Shown here: piece after piece, positions 25,736 to 36,179 of the stretch
How the letters are laid out: every line of letters begins with the position of its first letter
Numbering within the stretch: the stretch's first letter is position 1
NCBI GenBank assembly: GCA_002633005.1
Contig: NMRA01000107.1
Location: forward strand, 425,694-471,902
Source of the DNA: Phoronis australis
Taxonomy: Eukaryota; Animalia; Phoronida
Direction: 5' to 3'
Length of the DNA: 46,209 nt
The notes under the pieces: generated by a model
The model's database searches: none
What the model saw: only the letters and a program-made list of their open reading frames with translations
Told to the model about the DNA's origin: nothing
Translations under genes and position numbers: made by a program

Positions 25736-26368
25736 AAGTACGCTGTAAATAGAAAGTATGAGGCCGTGAATCATCTCCGAGTCTATGGCCTGCAGTCGTC
25801 GCGGGACAGTGCCTGATGAATGCCGGCTTACCAAATAACTATTCATACTTTCCGTTGACGGTCTGAGCTTGTTCAAGGCGCCTCTTTAGTATTTCTTCAT
25901 CACTGTATTCCTGTTCGAACTGATAGCCTGTGAAACTTAACGATCCACCTGCGAAGTCTTCGTTGGGATGAGCTCTCGTCTAAGTCGAGATTTTAAGTTG
26001 CCGCCGGTGTTGACGTTTATTACTGAGCATTCTGTTTCAAAATGAATTATTCTCACCCTTATACCAATACTTATGTAAAACTGAAACAAAGTGTGTCTCA
26101 TAAGATACAATTTGGAATGCCTTAGGAGTGTTAGTGAGTGCAAATGATTTGAGAAGCCAGCGATGAATAAATCACAGCAGATTACCTTGCTGGCTCGTGC
26201 ATCACTAATCAACCTCTCTACTTATACTTGTCTGATGTCAAGCTGCTCGCTCAACTACGCACCTTCTAGTCCCAATTGGCTGAGTTCAACGATGGTAGCC
26301 GACTGCTCGAAGCTGGTACTAGATGTTGCCATGCTGCCAACAACTATCATTGCTACTACAAAATTTCC

Positions 26369-27450
26369 GCTAATTCCAGAAGAGGCCTCAGATAGCATGG
26401 CCATTTCTGACGCTAAAATATCATATCTGACAAAATGTTCCGAAGGACAGTCAAATTGGTTGGTGTGGTACCAACAGCGACGCATCACTTCGTCGTCAAT
26501 GTACCAGGTCCTCCACACAAACTAAATTTGTCCTTCTACATCTTTTTGAAGGATCCATGTGTGGATCACATCTATACCTTCAAACACAAGTTTCAAAATA
26601 AGCATTTCGCATAAGGCAAGGAAAACTCTCTACGAAATGACACTGAACAACATACATCGACTACAATTGCTATCTGGGCCCAGTTGCATAAAAGTTATAC
26701 GCCGTATAGCAACAATGACGTCGCATTATCACGCGTCACGATGTTATTGTTGAACAATGCACTTGACGTCACGCAACAATCAAACTTATCCAGCGGATAT
26801 CTTTTGAAGCTTTATGCAACTCAGCCCTGGTTATCAGATATTGTTGTGATAGTGAGTGCGGCTTTGGCAAGTTTTTGGTTGAGACTGTTGACTTGCTCAC
26901 AAAGCTGTTCTTTTTCGTGGTGCAGGGAACTTATCTTTACCACTATTATGTCATTCAACAAGACTGTTGCACCAGCCTGCTGTATTGCTTGCAATTTTTC
27001 AGGCACAGGTGCGTCACCACTCTCTACATCCCCCATAAGAACCTGACTTTTGTCTGCTCAATCATTTATCAGATTTCTCTACTGACTCATTTTACACCTG
27101 CAAAATTCAAAGCTTGACATGGTTTTTAAGTCAAATAGGCTGAAACTAGCGACTTGGAAGGCACCCACAAGGTCAGAGTGCATTCTGTCCAGGTAGATGC
27201 TCTTTACAAATGTAGAACAAATTGTTTAAGCAGCTGTGAATCTGCGCTACCGTCAAAAATGAACATGATTTAGAGCATTCAGAGGTCTACACTTGTCTCT
27301 CACTCAAATGACAAATGGATTCTTGGGCATGGAAACAATTGAGTTTATTGCAAGAGTCCGAAAGCAGCTCATAAACTCAAGTGACCTGACAAGCCATCTT
27401 TGTTGAGCTTGTGGCTAAACAATGTATTTGAGTTCTTTGAAAGATCTTAG
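26369..27450 (-). mobile_element. Decayed DNA-transposon-like relic (possibly ISL2EU/Harbinger type); copy 1
   Basis: Homologous to 36180-37092; broken frames give a short coiled coil followed by SDN..RCLYYIGI..VFLALF (read in copy 2), resembling the FYTGL..FLALF segment of ISL2EU-type transposases. Family call is tentative. Confidence 0.4.
26677..26826. mobile_element. 150-bp PIF/Harbinger-type MITE
   Basis: TIRs GGCCCAGTTGCATAAA / TTTATGCAACTCAGCC flanked by a CTG duplication (CWG target); absent from the paralogous site near 36490. Confidence 0.75.
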
Positions 27451-27678
27451 TCACTCCTTCCAGTATCGTCAGCGTTCCATTTTGGCTTTGACGATTCAAT
27501 CAATCCCTTTCCGTTTTCAAATGAAATTGCCATCATGTAGATATACGGCCCGAGTAAAACGTGCTCGTTTTCGATAAAAATATCGCGTGTAGCTACAGCA
27601 CACTCACGCGCTAATCGTCATAGAAAATTGCACAAAACGTGCTCACAAAAAGTAATCTCAGTAGAGAAATATGTCACA

Positions 27679-29190
27679 ATGAGTCAGCGACCAAGCAAAA
27701 ATATGGTGGTTCGAGTTGAACCACCTACTAGCCAAGTGGAAAGAAAGAACTCAGTGAGCTTTATAAGCACCAAACTTAAATACTTCATGTTCTTCGCCAA
27801 TTTTCTTTTTTGGCTTGTTGGCGCTTTGGTGATTGCAGTTGGCATCTATGCATTTCTGGAAAATAAGAAGTTCTCTGCAAGACAACCAGGAAAGTCAGTC
27901 GAAGGACTCTCGCCTGTTTTTGACGTCATACTCAACGCAGGGATTGTGCTCATTATTGCTGGGTCCATCATCTTTATCTTTGCTTTCAGTGGATGTATTG
28001 GTTCTTTGAGAGAAAACATATTTTTGTTGGACTTTTTTGGTTTTTCTCTTAGCCTCCTATTCCTGGTTCAGTGCGGAGGAATGATTGCTGTCTTTATATT
28101 TAGCGATGACGTGCAAGAGTTTCTTATTAAACATTTAAAGGAGGAGGCAATACCTCGCTATAGAGAGAATCTAGACCTTCAGAACCTGATAGACTTTATC
28201 CAAGAAACAGCTGGGTGTTGTGGCATTGGAGATAAAGGTCCCGAAGACTGGTCGTTAAATATGTACTTCAACTGTAGCATAAAAAGACAGGAGCTCATCA
28301 TGAAAAATCCAGATTCGTGCGGTGTGCCCTCGTCTTGCTGCGTTGTTAAAACTGGTAAGCTTAAAAATAACTTATGTGGTAGAGGTATTCAAATCATGAC
28401 CGGCACAGAACGAGCTAACCTTGTATACGACATTGGTTGTCTCATAAAGTTAAAACAAGTAGCAGCAGACAATCGAAACGCATTCATTGTTATTGGAGTG
28501 TGTATGGCAGTTCCACAGATAATTGCCATTGCTATGGGTTTCACCTTGTCAAGCCAGATAAAGTCTCAAAGGCACACCATGGCTCATGCAGAAGCTCTTC
28601 AACTGAATAGAGAAAAAGCAGAACAAAAAGCCAGTGCAGACGAGTCTTCTGCTCAGTCCCGCTTGCCGGGATTGTCTCGTAAATCGAATGTACAAACACC
28701 AATTGATCAAAAGAGGCCCGCCATAAAACCACCGACTAGTGCAGCGGCGAACGTGCTCCCAGAAGACGTTCATTCAAAAATGAGCCCTAGGCCTCAAGAT
28801 ACCAAAAGAGTATTCGCCAAAGGAAACGTGCTCCCAGAAGACGCTCGTTTGAAAATGAGCCCTAAGCCTCCAGATACCAAAAAAACATTCGCCAAGGTAA
28901 ACGTGCGCCCAGAAGACGTTCGTTTGAAAATGAGCCCTAAGCCTCAAGATACCAAAAGAACATTCGCCAAAAGAGACGTGCACCCAGAAGACGCTCGTTT
29001 GAAAATGATCCCTAAGCCTCGAGATCTCAAAAGAACATTTGCCAAACGAGACTTGCGCCTAAAAGAGGTTCGTTTGAAAATGAGCCCTAAGCCTAAAGAT
29101 ACCAAAAGAACATTCGCCAAGGGAAATGACTTGTCAACTCATGCTCCGTTTAAAGTTAAGACTAGACGATACATGAGCGCCAATTTTTAG
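27679..29190 (+). CDS. Tetraspanin A, TspanC8 type (Tspan5/14/15/17/33-like), intronless CDS, with long repetitive basic C-terminal tail (503 aa)
   Basis: Four hydrophobic TM segments, GCIGSLREN, CCG, DW..N.YFNC, SCGVP.SCC, N.LCG, GC (8 Cys in the large loop). First ATG at 27679; the ORF-track start is a TTG. Confidence 0.93.
   Translation: MSQRPSKNMVVRVEPPTSQVERKNSVSFISTKLKYFMFFANFLFWLVGALVIAVGIYAFLENKKFSARQPGKSVEGLSPVFDVILNAGIVLIIAGSIIFIFAFSGCIGSLRENIFLLDFFGFSLSLLFLVQCGGMIAVFIFSDDVQEFLIKHLKEEAIPRYRENLDLQNLIDFIQETAGCCGIGDKGPEDWSLNMYFNCSIKRQELIMKNPDSCGVPSSCCVVKTGKLKNNLCGRGIQIMTGTERANLVYDIGCLIKLKQVAADNRNAFIVIGVCMAVPQIIAIAMGFTLSSQIKSQRHTMAHAEALQLNREKAEQKASADESSAQSRLPGLSRKSNVQTPIDQKRPAIKPPTSAAANVLPEDVHSKMSPRPQDTKRVFAKGNVLPEDARLKMSPKPPDTKKTFAKVNVRPEDVRLKMSPKPQDTKRTFAKRDVHPEDARLKMIPKPRDLKRTFAKRDLRLKEVRLKMSPKPKDTKRTFAKGNDLSTHAPFKVKTRRYMSANF
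28750..29124 (+). repeat. Coding tandem repeat, 5 x 75 nt (25 aa, consensus NVxPEDxRLKMSPKPQDTKRTFAKx)
   Basis: Units start at 28750, 28825, 28900, 28975 and 29050, all in frame. Confidence 0.95.
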
Positions 29191-29573
29191 AACATGATCG
29201 ATGTATCTGTGTCTGGCGTTGCCAAAATCGACTATTCTTCTAAAAGTCATCATAAGCGGCATTCGGGATACCCACAAAACATTTCGCGCATATACAACCC
29301 GGACATCACGGAAAGTTTAGGTGGTACAGAATTGCAGAAAGTATTGTGCGCAATCGACAAAGCAATACTGAAATGTGTAATATCATCTGCCGAATCTCAT
29401 ATGGAGTCACATTCATTCAGTGGACTTATAATTGCGTTTTTGTTCTCGATACGTGATCTTGTTTGGAATGAAGACTGAAATCGTGTAGAGGGAGGAATGA
29501 TGAAGACAATTTGATTATGATCCTATATTTATGCGGATCACATGAGTTACATTACGTGATATTCTTTTACAAT

Positions 29574-29580
29574 ACACACA

Positions 29581-29626
<46 letters not shown>
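29574..29626 (+). repeat. (CA)n microsatellite
   Basis: Directly visible, with one interruption. Confidence 0.97.
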
Positions 29627-29630
<4 letters not shown>

Positions 29631-29783
29631 TAAACACAAAACGTACCGAAATGGCGTAGACACATAGGGTATCCCACATACATAGGAATACGAAGTAACA
29701 TCCCGCGAGACATTATTCCGCGAATTCCACGTTTTATATATTCCATGCGGTTCGAATTCTTAAAGTCCTGGTCTCACACGTTG

Positions 29784-30020
29784 TTAACCCTTACTAAATG
29801 GTTAGAGGATGTTATAAGGATCCAAGAAGTACCTACCCCATAACTAATACACGATCCGTACTCGAAAAAAAGTTTAAATAAACGCGCCACTCACGATTCG
29901 CACCCGAAGAACTACCGCCATTTTGAACTTGCCGCGAACCCGGAAGTGCAATTCATTCAGGAACCCAGGCTAAGAAAACGCCGTCAGTGCGAGTGCCTGT
30001 TACCAGCCTGCAAACGGGGA
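29784..30020. mobile_element. Terminal fragment of piggyBac-like non-autonomous element (inverted relative of ~9890-10112)
   Basis: TTAACCCTTACTAAATGGTTAGAGGATGTTATAAGGA...CCGCCATTTTGAACT...TGTTACCAGCCTGCAAAC matches the reverse complement of 9890-10112. Confidence 0.65.
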
Positions 30021-30127
30021 AAATAATGGACATTAAATTTAAATAGTGTAACATTTCGAATCTGTACTGGGCTAACTTTCAGAATGAACAGAGCTAATTT
30101 TGTTGATTGGCACAAACACTAATTGAT

Positions 30128-32950
30128 TACCGTAAAATGGGGTGAAGGTGGCAGTTTTTGAGCTTTTTTATTCAATTACTTTGTAGTTATGTAACAGAGA
30201 GAAATGTTAGTGGGCTTAAAATCCGGACAGCTATTCCCACCAACGAAACTAATAGATCCTATTTGGGATTTCTGATTTTTTAGGGTTAATCTAACGGTTT
30301 TTGTAACCTGCCAACTTTGTCTCCCAAGCAGGGAAAGTTGGCACCGCAATCTCCAAAGCGGGTAAAGTTGTCATTGTATTATTTTTGAACACAGTAAAAT
30401 TAAATGTTGCAGTAGTTGTCTCAAAATTGATAAGTATTAAGTATATAAAACTATTTCCCATGACTGCCGCGAATATTCGAATCAAAAGATTTCAGGAGCT
30501 GGGCAAAAAATGAAGCAGTTCAATATGCAAAACATATAACATTGAACATAATTATGTCATATAATTAACTCACAATTCGTTATCGGCAACTAATGGTTCA
30601 ATAAACGAAAACACTTCTAAAATGATTTTAATGTAAAGGAATGAATATGAATAGAAACTTTATTCATCAACAAAAATAATTCACAAATGCTACCAATTTA
30701 AGCTAAAATTATTCCACTTCTGTCAAACTTACACAACTATGGGAAATGCGCAAGCTGGGTCTTAAACCTACTGTTTCAGCCTTTTGCACAAACGCCTTAA
30801 ACATCATGTCGAGAATCATGATTTGACGAAAACAAAATCATGTGTATCTTCACCTGTGCCACAGAAAACTCACGATGAGCATTCGTCACATTCATAATCT
30901 TAGTCGATGTCACGTACACATTCAGTGTGAACTCATCGTAACCAAGTACAGCAAAAAATCATGTCTTCGTCTCTTGTCTCCCCACACATAAAACAAAACC
31001 ATTCCTTATCAAAAATCTGGCGCTCAGTAATCACGCGTCTTGCCCGTTTAGTATCTTTTTTAGACTTTCTTTTGGTTTCTGCCTCTTTCTTTCCCAATGT
31101 TTTCATGTTAGCACTAGATGATTGAGGGGTGCGAGTGTTAGCATTTTGCTGTTCGTCTTCTGAGGCATCGACTTCATCTGAATGTGTTGAGTCATCAAGT
31201 CCTGGAGTACCTTCGAGGTTTGATGGGTCCACTACTTGGACATGTGAATCCTGGCTTACTCGTCCGAGTGTGTCGATTCATTAAGGCCTGAAATGTCGCT
31301 CATGCTTTTTCCGGGCTCAACATCTACACGTTTAGCACGCTTTCGTGGTTGCTGGTCGCTCTGGCCGTGGCGCATTTTATCCAACCTGTCCACCACAACC
31401 TGGGCAACGGAATTTCTCACAAGTTGAATGTGATGATGCTGAATATGCGGTAACCTATCCAGCACGGGCTGCTTGCCCAATGGTTGGATGCCACATTTTC
31501 GGAATCCGCTTATAATGTTTTCATTGAGTTTGTTGCCCATCCTCGATATCAGCTTTTTGAGAAGAGACGGGAATTCATCATTGGGAACTGATGCGTGCGA
31601 ACGTCCTCCGCCACTAGATTTTCATTCAGTCAACACCGCTCGCCAGTTCTTCTTAACGCCCACGTCCGGCCAGAGGTTGGAGTAGATGTGTGTTATTTGG
31701 TGGAATACAGACAAAGGCGATATTAAGCTTTGAGCATGGTTCAAGTACAGTCATATTGATATGAGACGCCAGGTTGTCTCCAATCAGGACCTTATTTTCA
31801 GGGATTCTTTTCGCCCAAGGCACAAGGACTTTCTCGAATCAGTTCTGAAATGTTGTCGAGTCAAACCAACCAGATTTTGTTCAGTTGTAACCGGTGAGTC
31901 GGTGTCCAGCATGTGCTTTGACTTGTAAACAACGTACAGTGGTAATGTTTCCCCTGTCGCAGTTCCACTAAACATTAATTAGTGACACGCACCCTTTTGT
32001 GGAGTTCATGACACGTTCAGGGTATTTAATTCCTCGTCGATAGATGCATCGCTTACGACCTGGGTCGTTATCCAAATTTGTCTCATCATAGTTAACTATG
32101 TGAGACGGTTGAACGCCGTGCAAGGTTTTCTCGAGGTTTCCAATAACCTGTTCGACGGTTTTGCTACTAACTTTTGCTCTGGCACGATTTATGTTTTGAC
32201 ATGTTCTACTTGCGAGGGTTTGCTTATGCTTTTCGCGAAACTGTGAACCCATTCCTTCCCTGGGAAATTACATGTTTGAACCGTTTCACTTTGCGACCAC
32301 TTTTGTCTAGAAAGGCCTTCACCATCAGGCGTAAATCCAAATTGTCCACGGGGAAACCCCAGTGAGCCATCACTGCTACATTATCTGCCATTGACATTTC
32401 TTCAGTGTCCGACAGAACTTTCTGGCCACCGTGATATTTCATGTTGACGCCCTTTAGACGATTTTGCATGGTCCCCCTCGGGACCTTAAACGTTTCCACT
32501 GCCTCAGCTTGACTCATACCACCTTCAGCTGCCGACACTGCATTTGTTAGATCTTCCGGCGAGTACTTGAAAAAGGCGTTTTTCTTTTTATATGTTCGAG
32601 GCATCCTGAAAGAGGCTAAAATGATTTTAGTTGGCCATAAAACATATACTCGGGAGGGGTGGACGTTGGCATGGTGTAGGGTAAAGTTGGCAGCCCATGC
32701 TAACTTCGCCTGCGAACTATGCCAATTTCACCCCGACTTCGAAAAATTAGAATAACAGCCATGCTGCTTTTCAGAAAAAATAAGTTTCATATCTGATGCC
32801 ATCAACGATGTCTACTATATCTGCCGCACATAATCCGTTTCGCTCATTTCATTCAGAAGTATGCTTACCACATGAAAGTAATTTACCTTAAAAATACGCA
32901 ATAGTAAAACTAGTAAGACTAAAATGACGAGCGTCGGAACTAAAATATAT
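30128..32950 (-). mobile_element. Decayed pogo-superfamily (DD35D) DNA transposon
   Basis: TA|CCGTAAAATGGGGTGAAGGTGGCAG terminus at 30128; GGGTAAAGTTGGCA-like subterminal motifs on both sides of the transposase; the opposite terminal TIR is not seen, so the right boundary is approximate. Confidence 0.8.
30870..32604 (-). pseudogene. Frameshifted pogo-like transposase (psq-type HTH, CENP-B HTH, DDE_1 domain, C-terminal PHD-like finger)
   Basis: MPRTYKKK..YSPEDL..A..FKVPRGT; NYDETN; LIGDNLASH-...-THLLQPL(D) with 35 residues between D2 and D3 (D3 displaced by a small insertion); ISGFRKCGI; CFMC..CC..HTEC..CDEC; several frameshifts and stops. Confidence 0.88.
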
Positions 32951-33111
32951 TGCGCTCTTTCTCAAGGGTGTGCTACAGACTGCTGAATACATGTGGATAG
33001 ATCTAAAATAAAATGGCACAGGGGACAACATAGTGACATACAATAAACTTGAACAATATGAACACAACAGGACGTGGCAACTACCAGTGGGGTAGGCCTA
33101 CGTATGACTAC

Positions 33112-33128
33112 AGAGAGAGAGAGAGAGA
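33112..33128 (+). repeat. (GA)n microsatellite
   Basis: Directly visible. Confidence 0.8.
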
Positions 33129-33149
33129 CCCAAACAGAGACATACGCAG

Positions 33150-33434
33150 CTACTGGAGTCTATTCACGACAGACTTGTAGTGAGACAGAACCCCTATGTC
33201 TCTGTTTAGGCCTCTGGCGTGAGTGTTAAACTTTGCAATGAATTCAGCCTCGCATTTTCTGCGTGGGTAAATGTCCGACAGTCCGCCTTTGACTACAAGT
33301 ACATTGACGTCACTGGTTGTATGGCCTGGGATGTTGAAAGGTTCCCCAATGGGGACCGCCCTATTATTGTGAATAATCGTCTGCCTATGGCCGTTCATTC
33401 TAGTGCGTAACGAGTTACATGTCTCCCCAAAATA
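33150..33434 (-). mobile_element. Penelope-like element fragment (GIY-YIG endonuclease C-terminal part)
   Basis: YFGETCNSLRTRMNGHR..PIGEPFN.PGH..RRKCEAEFIAKFNT..GLNRD: YIG-like motif, conserved R, H, E and GLN. Confidence 0.85.
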
Positions 33435-33810
33435 CTACTACTTCAGTTTCTATGAAGAGGAAAAAGTCCAGAGGTGCCTCAACCTGCCCACAGACAAATG
33501 CTGTGAGATATCAACCAGACGTCTATTCTGACGAACATGAATGTAAACCAAGCTAGTGTCAGGGTCTTTCGTGGGAGAATTTGTGACGATCTGTTGATTG
33601 GTTACCATTGAGTGAAATGTCGGAATACACGAACTGACTGAATTCTGGTTCTTCATCTCTACATTTACCCAGAACGCGTGACTCTGTTACTCGTAAGCAT
33701 GGCAAGCATGCGAGTGATATTTCATCAAATTGTTGTGCGAGACTTTTATATACAATTCCATTCGCTAGTGTCATGAAATGTTAGTCCATTGAAAGCCATT
33801 GCAGCTGAGC

Positions 33811-35031
33811 ATGACAACAAACTGCAAAGACAAAAAACACAATATAATGACGTATGAACAAAGGACGTGCGCTCTGCAGAGCGTTATCATGCCGGATCAG
33901 CTAGAACACGGTGTTCTCGCCTGCTGTATCCTTTCGTGGACACTCTCAGTGACAATTATTCTCTATGGTCTTGTCAACCACCTCCTTCACGTGGAAGTTG
34001 GTACAATGAACAACAATCTCTATTTCATTTTAAAGACACCTGCTGTTCTCATGGCGCTTGGGGCTCTCCTGTTTGCAAACACCGTCGTCGGATACGCGGG
34101 ATTTGTTCACAAAAACGAAAATTTATTGAAACTCTATCTCGTTTTTCTTATTTTACTGTTTACAGCACAGAATACCTCGGTCATTGTATTGATGTACTAC
34201 GGAAGTGAAAAATCAAACGGATTAGAGGGTCTACTCGGAGAAAATGCCATCAAACATTATCTCACAAACATCACCATCAAAAGCACGGTCGACAGAATCC
34301 AGTCTTTCTTCGAATGTTGCGGCTTTAGCTTCAACGCCGAAAACGATTGGTCACAGAACGTTTATTACGGCTGCAAAACGGATAGCAACAACACACTGGA
34401 CAATCAGTGTAGCGTGCCTCAATCCTGTTGCAAGCGAAAGAGTGGTCTCCATGGTAACAAACAGTGTGGTTCAGGTTCTGGTATACTACGACTGACAAAA
34501 GACGAGCGCATGGAAGTTATACACAGTCAAGGGTGCATTTCTAAAATCCAAGAGTCGATACAAGAGAGTTTAATGCTAGCTATAATTCTTGTAACATGTG
34601 CTGCGTTACTGGACATTGCAGCTTCGTTTTTCAGCTGGAAATTGTTGAAGCGCGTTCACGTGGACCGGCAGATGCTCACTGATAGCAGCGGATATCCTGC
34701 ACAAAATGAATTGATTAAATCTATGTCCATATCTAAACGCAGTGCCACTGTACATCTCGCACTGCGGGCCTTAGTCTTAGTGCTGGAGGTTCACAGGCGC
34801 CATCAACGAGTTCCAACAACAAAACCAATAAAACATGGGAAGAAAAACGAGTTCGAAGCTAAAAAGTTCTCAGATTATGGTAATGCGGAGGTCAAAGCAG
34901 TAGAAGAACTGGAGTTATTCGACGAAGCTGTTGGAGGCCCTCTTGAGGAGCGAGATCACGTTTTCAATTCTTTCATGCGAAAAGCTGAGCAATATGAAGA
35001 ATGGAGGGACATTGTAGAGACAGAACTGTGA
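33811..35031 (+). CDS. Tetraspanin B, divergent 8-cysteine tetraspanin, intronless CDS (~406 aa)
   Basis: Four TM segments; DRIQSFFECCG, DWSQNVYYGC, QCSVPQSCC, NKQCG, QGC. First ATG at 33811 (alternative 33847); long C-tail ending ETEL. Confidence 0.9.
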   Translation: MTTNCKDKKHNIMTYEQRTCALQSVIMPDQLEHGVLACCILSWTLSVTIILYGLVNHLLHVEVGTMNNNLYFILKTPAVLMALGALLFANTVVGYAGFVHKNENLLKLYLVFLILLFTAQNTSVIVLMYYGSEKSNGLEGLLGENAIKHYLTNITIKSTVDRIQSFFECCGFSFNAENDWSQNVYYGCKTDSNNTLDNQCSVPQSCCKRKSGLHGNKQCGSGSGILRLTKDERMEVIHSQGCISKIQESIQESLMLAIILVTCAALLDIAASFFSWKLLKRVHVDRQMLTDSSGYPAQNELIKSMSISKRSATVHLALRALVLVLEVHRRHQRVPTTKPIKHGKKNEFEAKKFSDYGNAEVKAVEELELFDEAVGGPLEERDHVFNSFMRKAEQYEEWRDIVETEL

Positions 35032-36179
35032 GTGATAAACCTAACAAGACTTCAAGAATGTGATTTACACGCTTGCGTGATCAGCGTCAATGTGGGATGC
35101 GACAAGTCCAATGAGGGACCGCAGTTTGTTCCAAACCTTGGATATATTATATTTTTCATTACTGATGCAACGTATTTTAGGAACAATTTGGTCACGAAAT
35201 TATATTTGCGTACGAAGTGCAGTAGCGAATAGCGGCAGCATAATAGATTAAATACTATTTAATCTTTGGCGACATTTTGTTATTTGATTGGTCTTTCCCG
35301 AGTTTTAGCCAGTGTTTGATTCCCACGCATCTTCGTTATGTAGGAAAATGCTCTTCTGTGCACAATTCCTATTGTTTTTATATTTCAAACTTGTATGCTA
35401 CCGAAGTTCCATAACGTATACCGTCAGCTTATTGGGACTTGACATAATTTGTCAAAGGGCCCGGCCTACTATTAATTTAAATAAGAAAAGCTCTTCTGCG
35501 CGCAGCTGATTCATTTTCAAAGGAGTATTTCAGTCGATGGAACCCCCAAAAGTGTATCGCATATCTTCCTCATTTCGCCGTTTGACCGCGTTTTCAATTT
35601 CAGATTGTATTATAGTCATAAATTAACTTGAACTAGGGCATAACAGTAGCTTTTTAAGATGCGCAAAGAAAGCGAACAAAATCTCCAACGTCAGTCGTGG
35701 TTGACAACTACGAAGATGGCGCGAAGGGGTTCGCACAGAGTTGTTTGATAGTGGACCGTTCAAAATGCATTTATCTGAACGCTATTGATCGGACCTATGT
35801 GTTCTTTATCTCAATCTTTATTGTAGAAAACTACCAAAAACGCAATTGGTTAGCACATATCGCGCAAACTCGTCAAAAATTGTTTTAATAATGAGTCGGT
35901 GGCGTAAAAACACCGCGTGCACAAACAGTACTCCTTTAATGGGGTTTGAAACAACTTAATTTCCATATTTTGTATTTACGTCTTTGAATACTAGAAATTT
36001 ATAAAAAAGATGGAGGTCACCGAATCAGTTTTTCCGTTAAGGCCGCCTCGACGAAGGCACCTCTGGCAAATGCGTGAAACTTTGTTTCTGAAAGGATATC
36101 TCTATATAAATTAATCACTCATATACCAATCCTTTCTGATGGATTTTGTTGTTATACGATGTCAGCAAATTCAGTGTGC

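Noticed and set aside
27628-27678. TTG-initiated N-terminal extensions of the tetraspanins (also 33799, 38410) and of the ORF at 4115
   Set aside because: Bacterial-style start calls; in-frame ATGs follow shortly, and 4115-4129 is a splice acceptor.
28541-28983. Antisense ORFs over the tetraspanins (also 38619-39302)
   Set aside because: Shadow frames of the sense CDS and its repeat, with no independent evidence.
28750-29124. Regularly spaced repeats as a possible CRISPR array
   Set aside because: Units are contiguous 75-nt in-frame coding repeats with no unique spacers; eukaryotic context, no cas genes.
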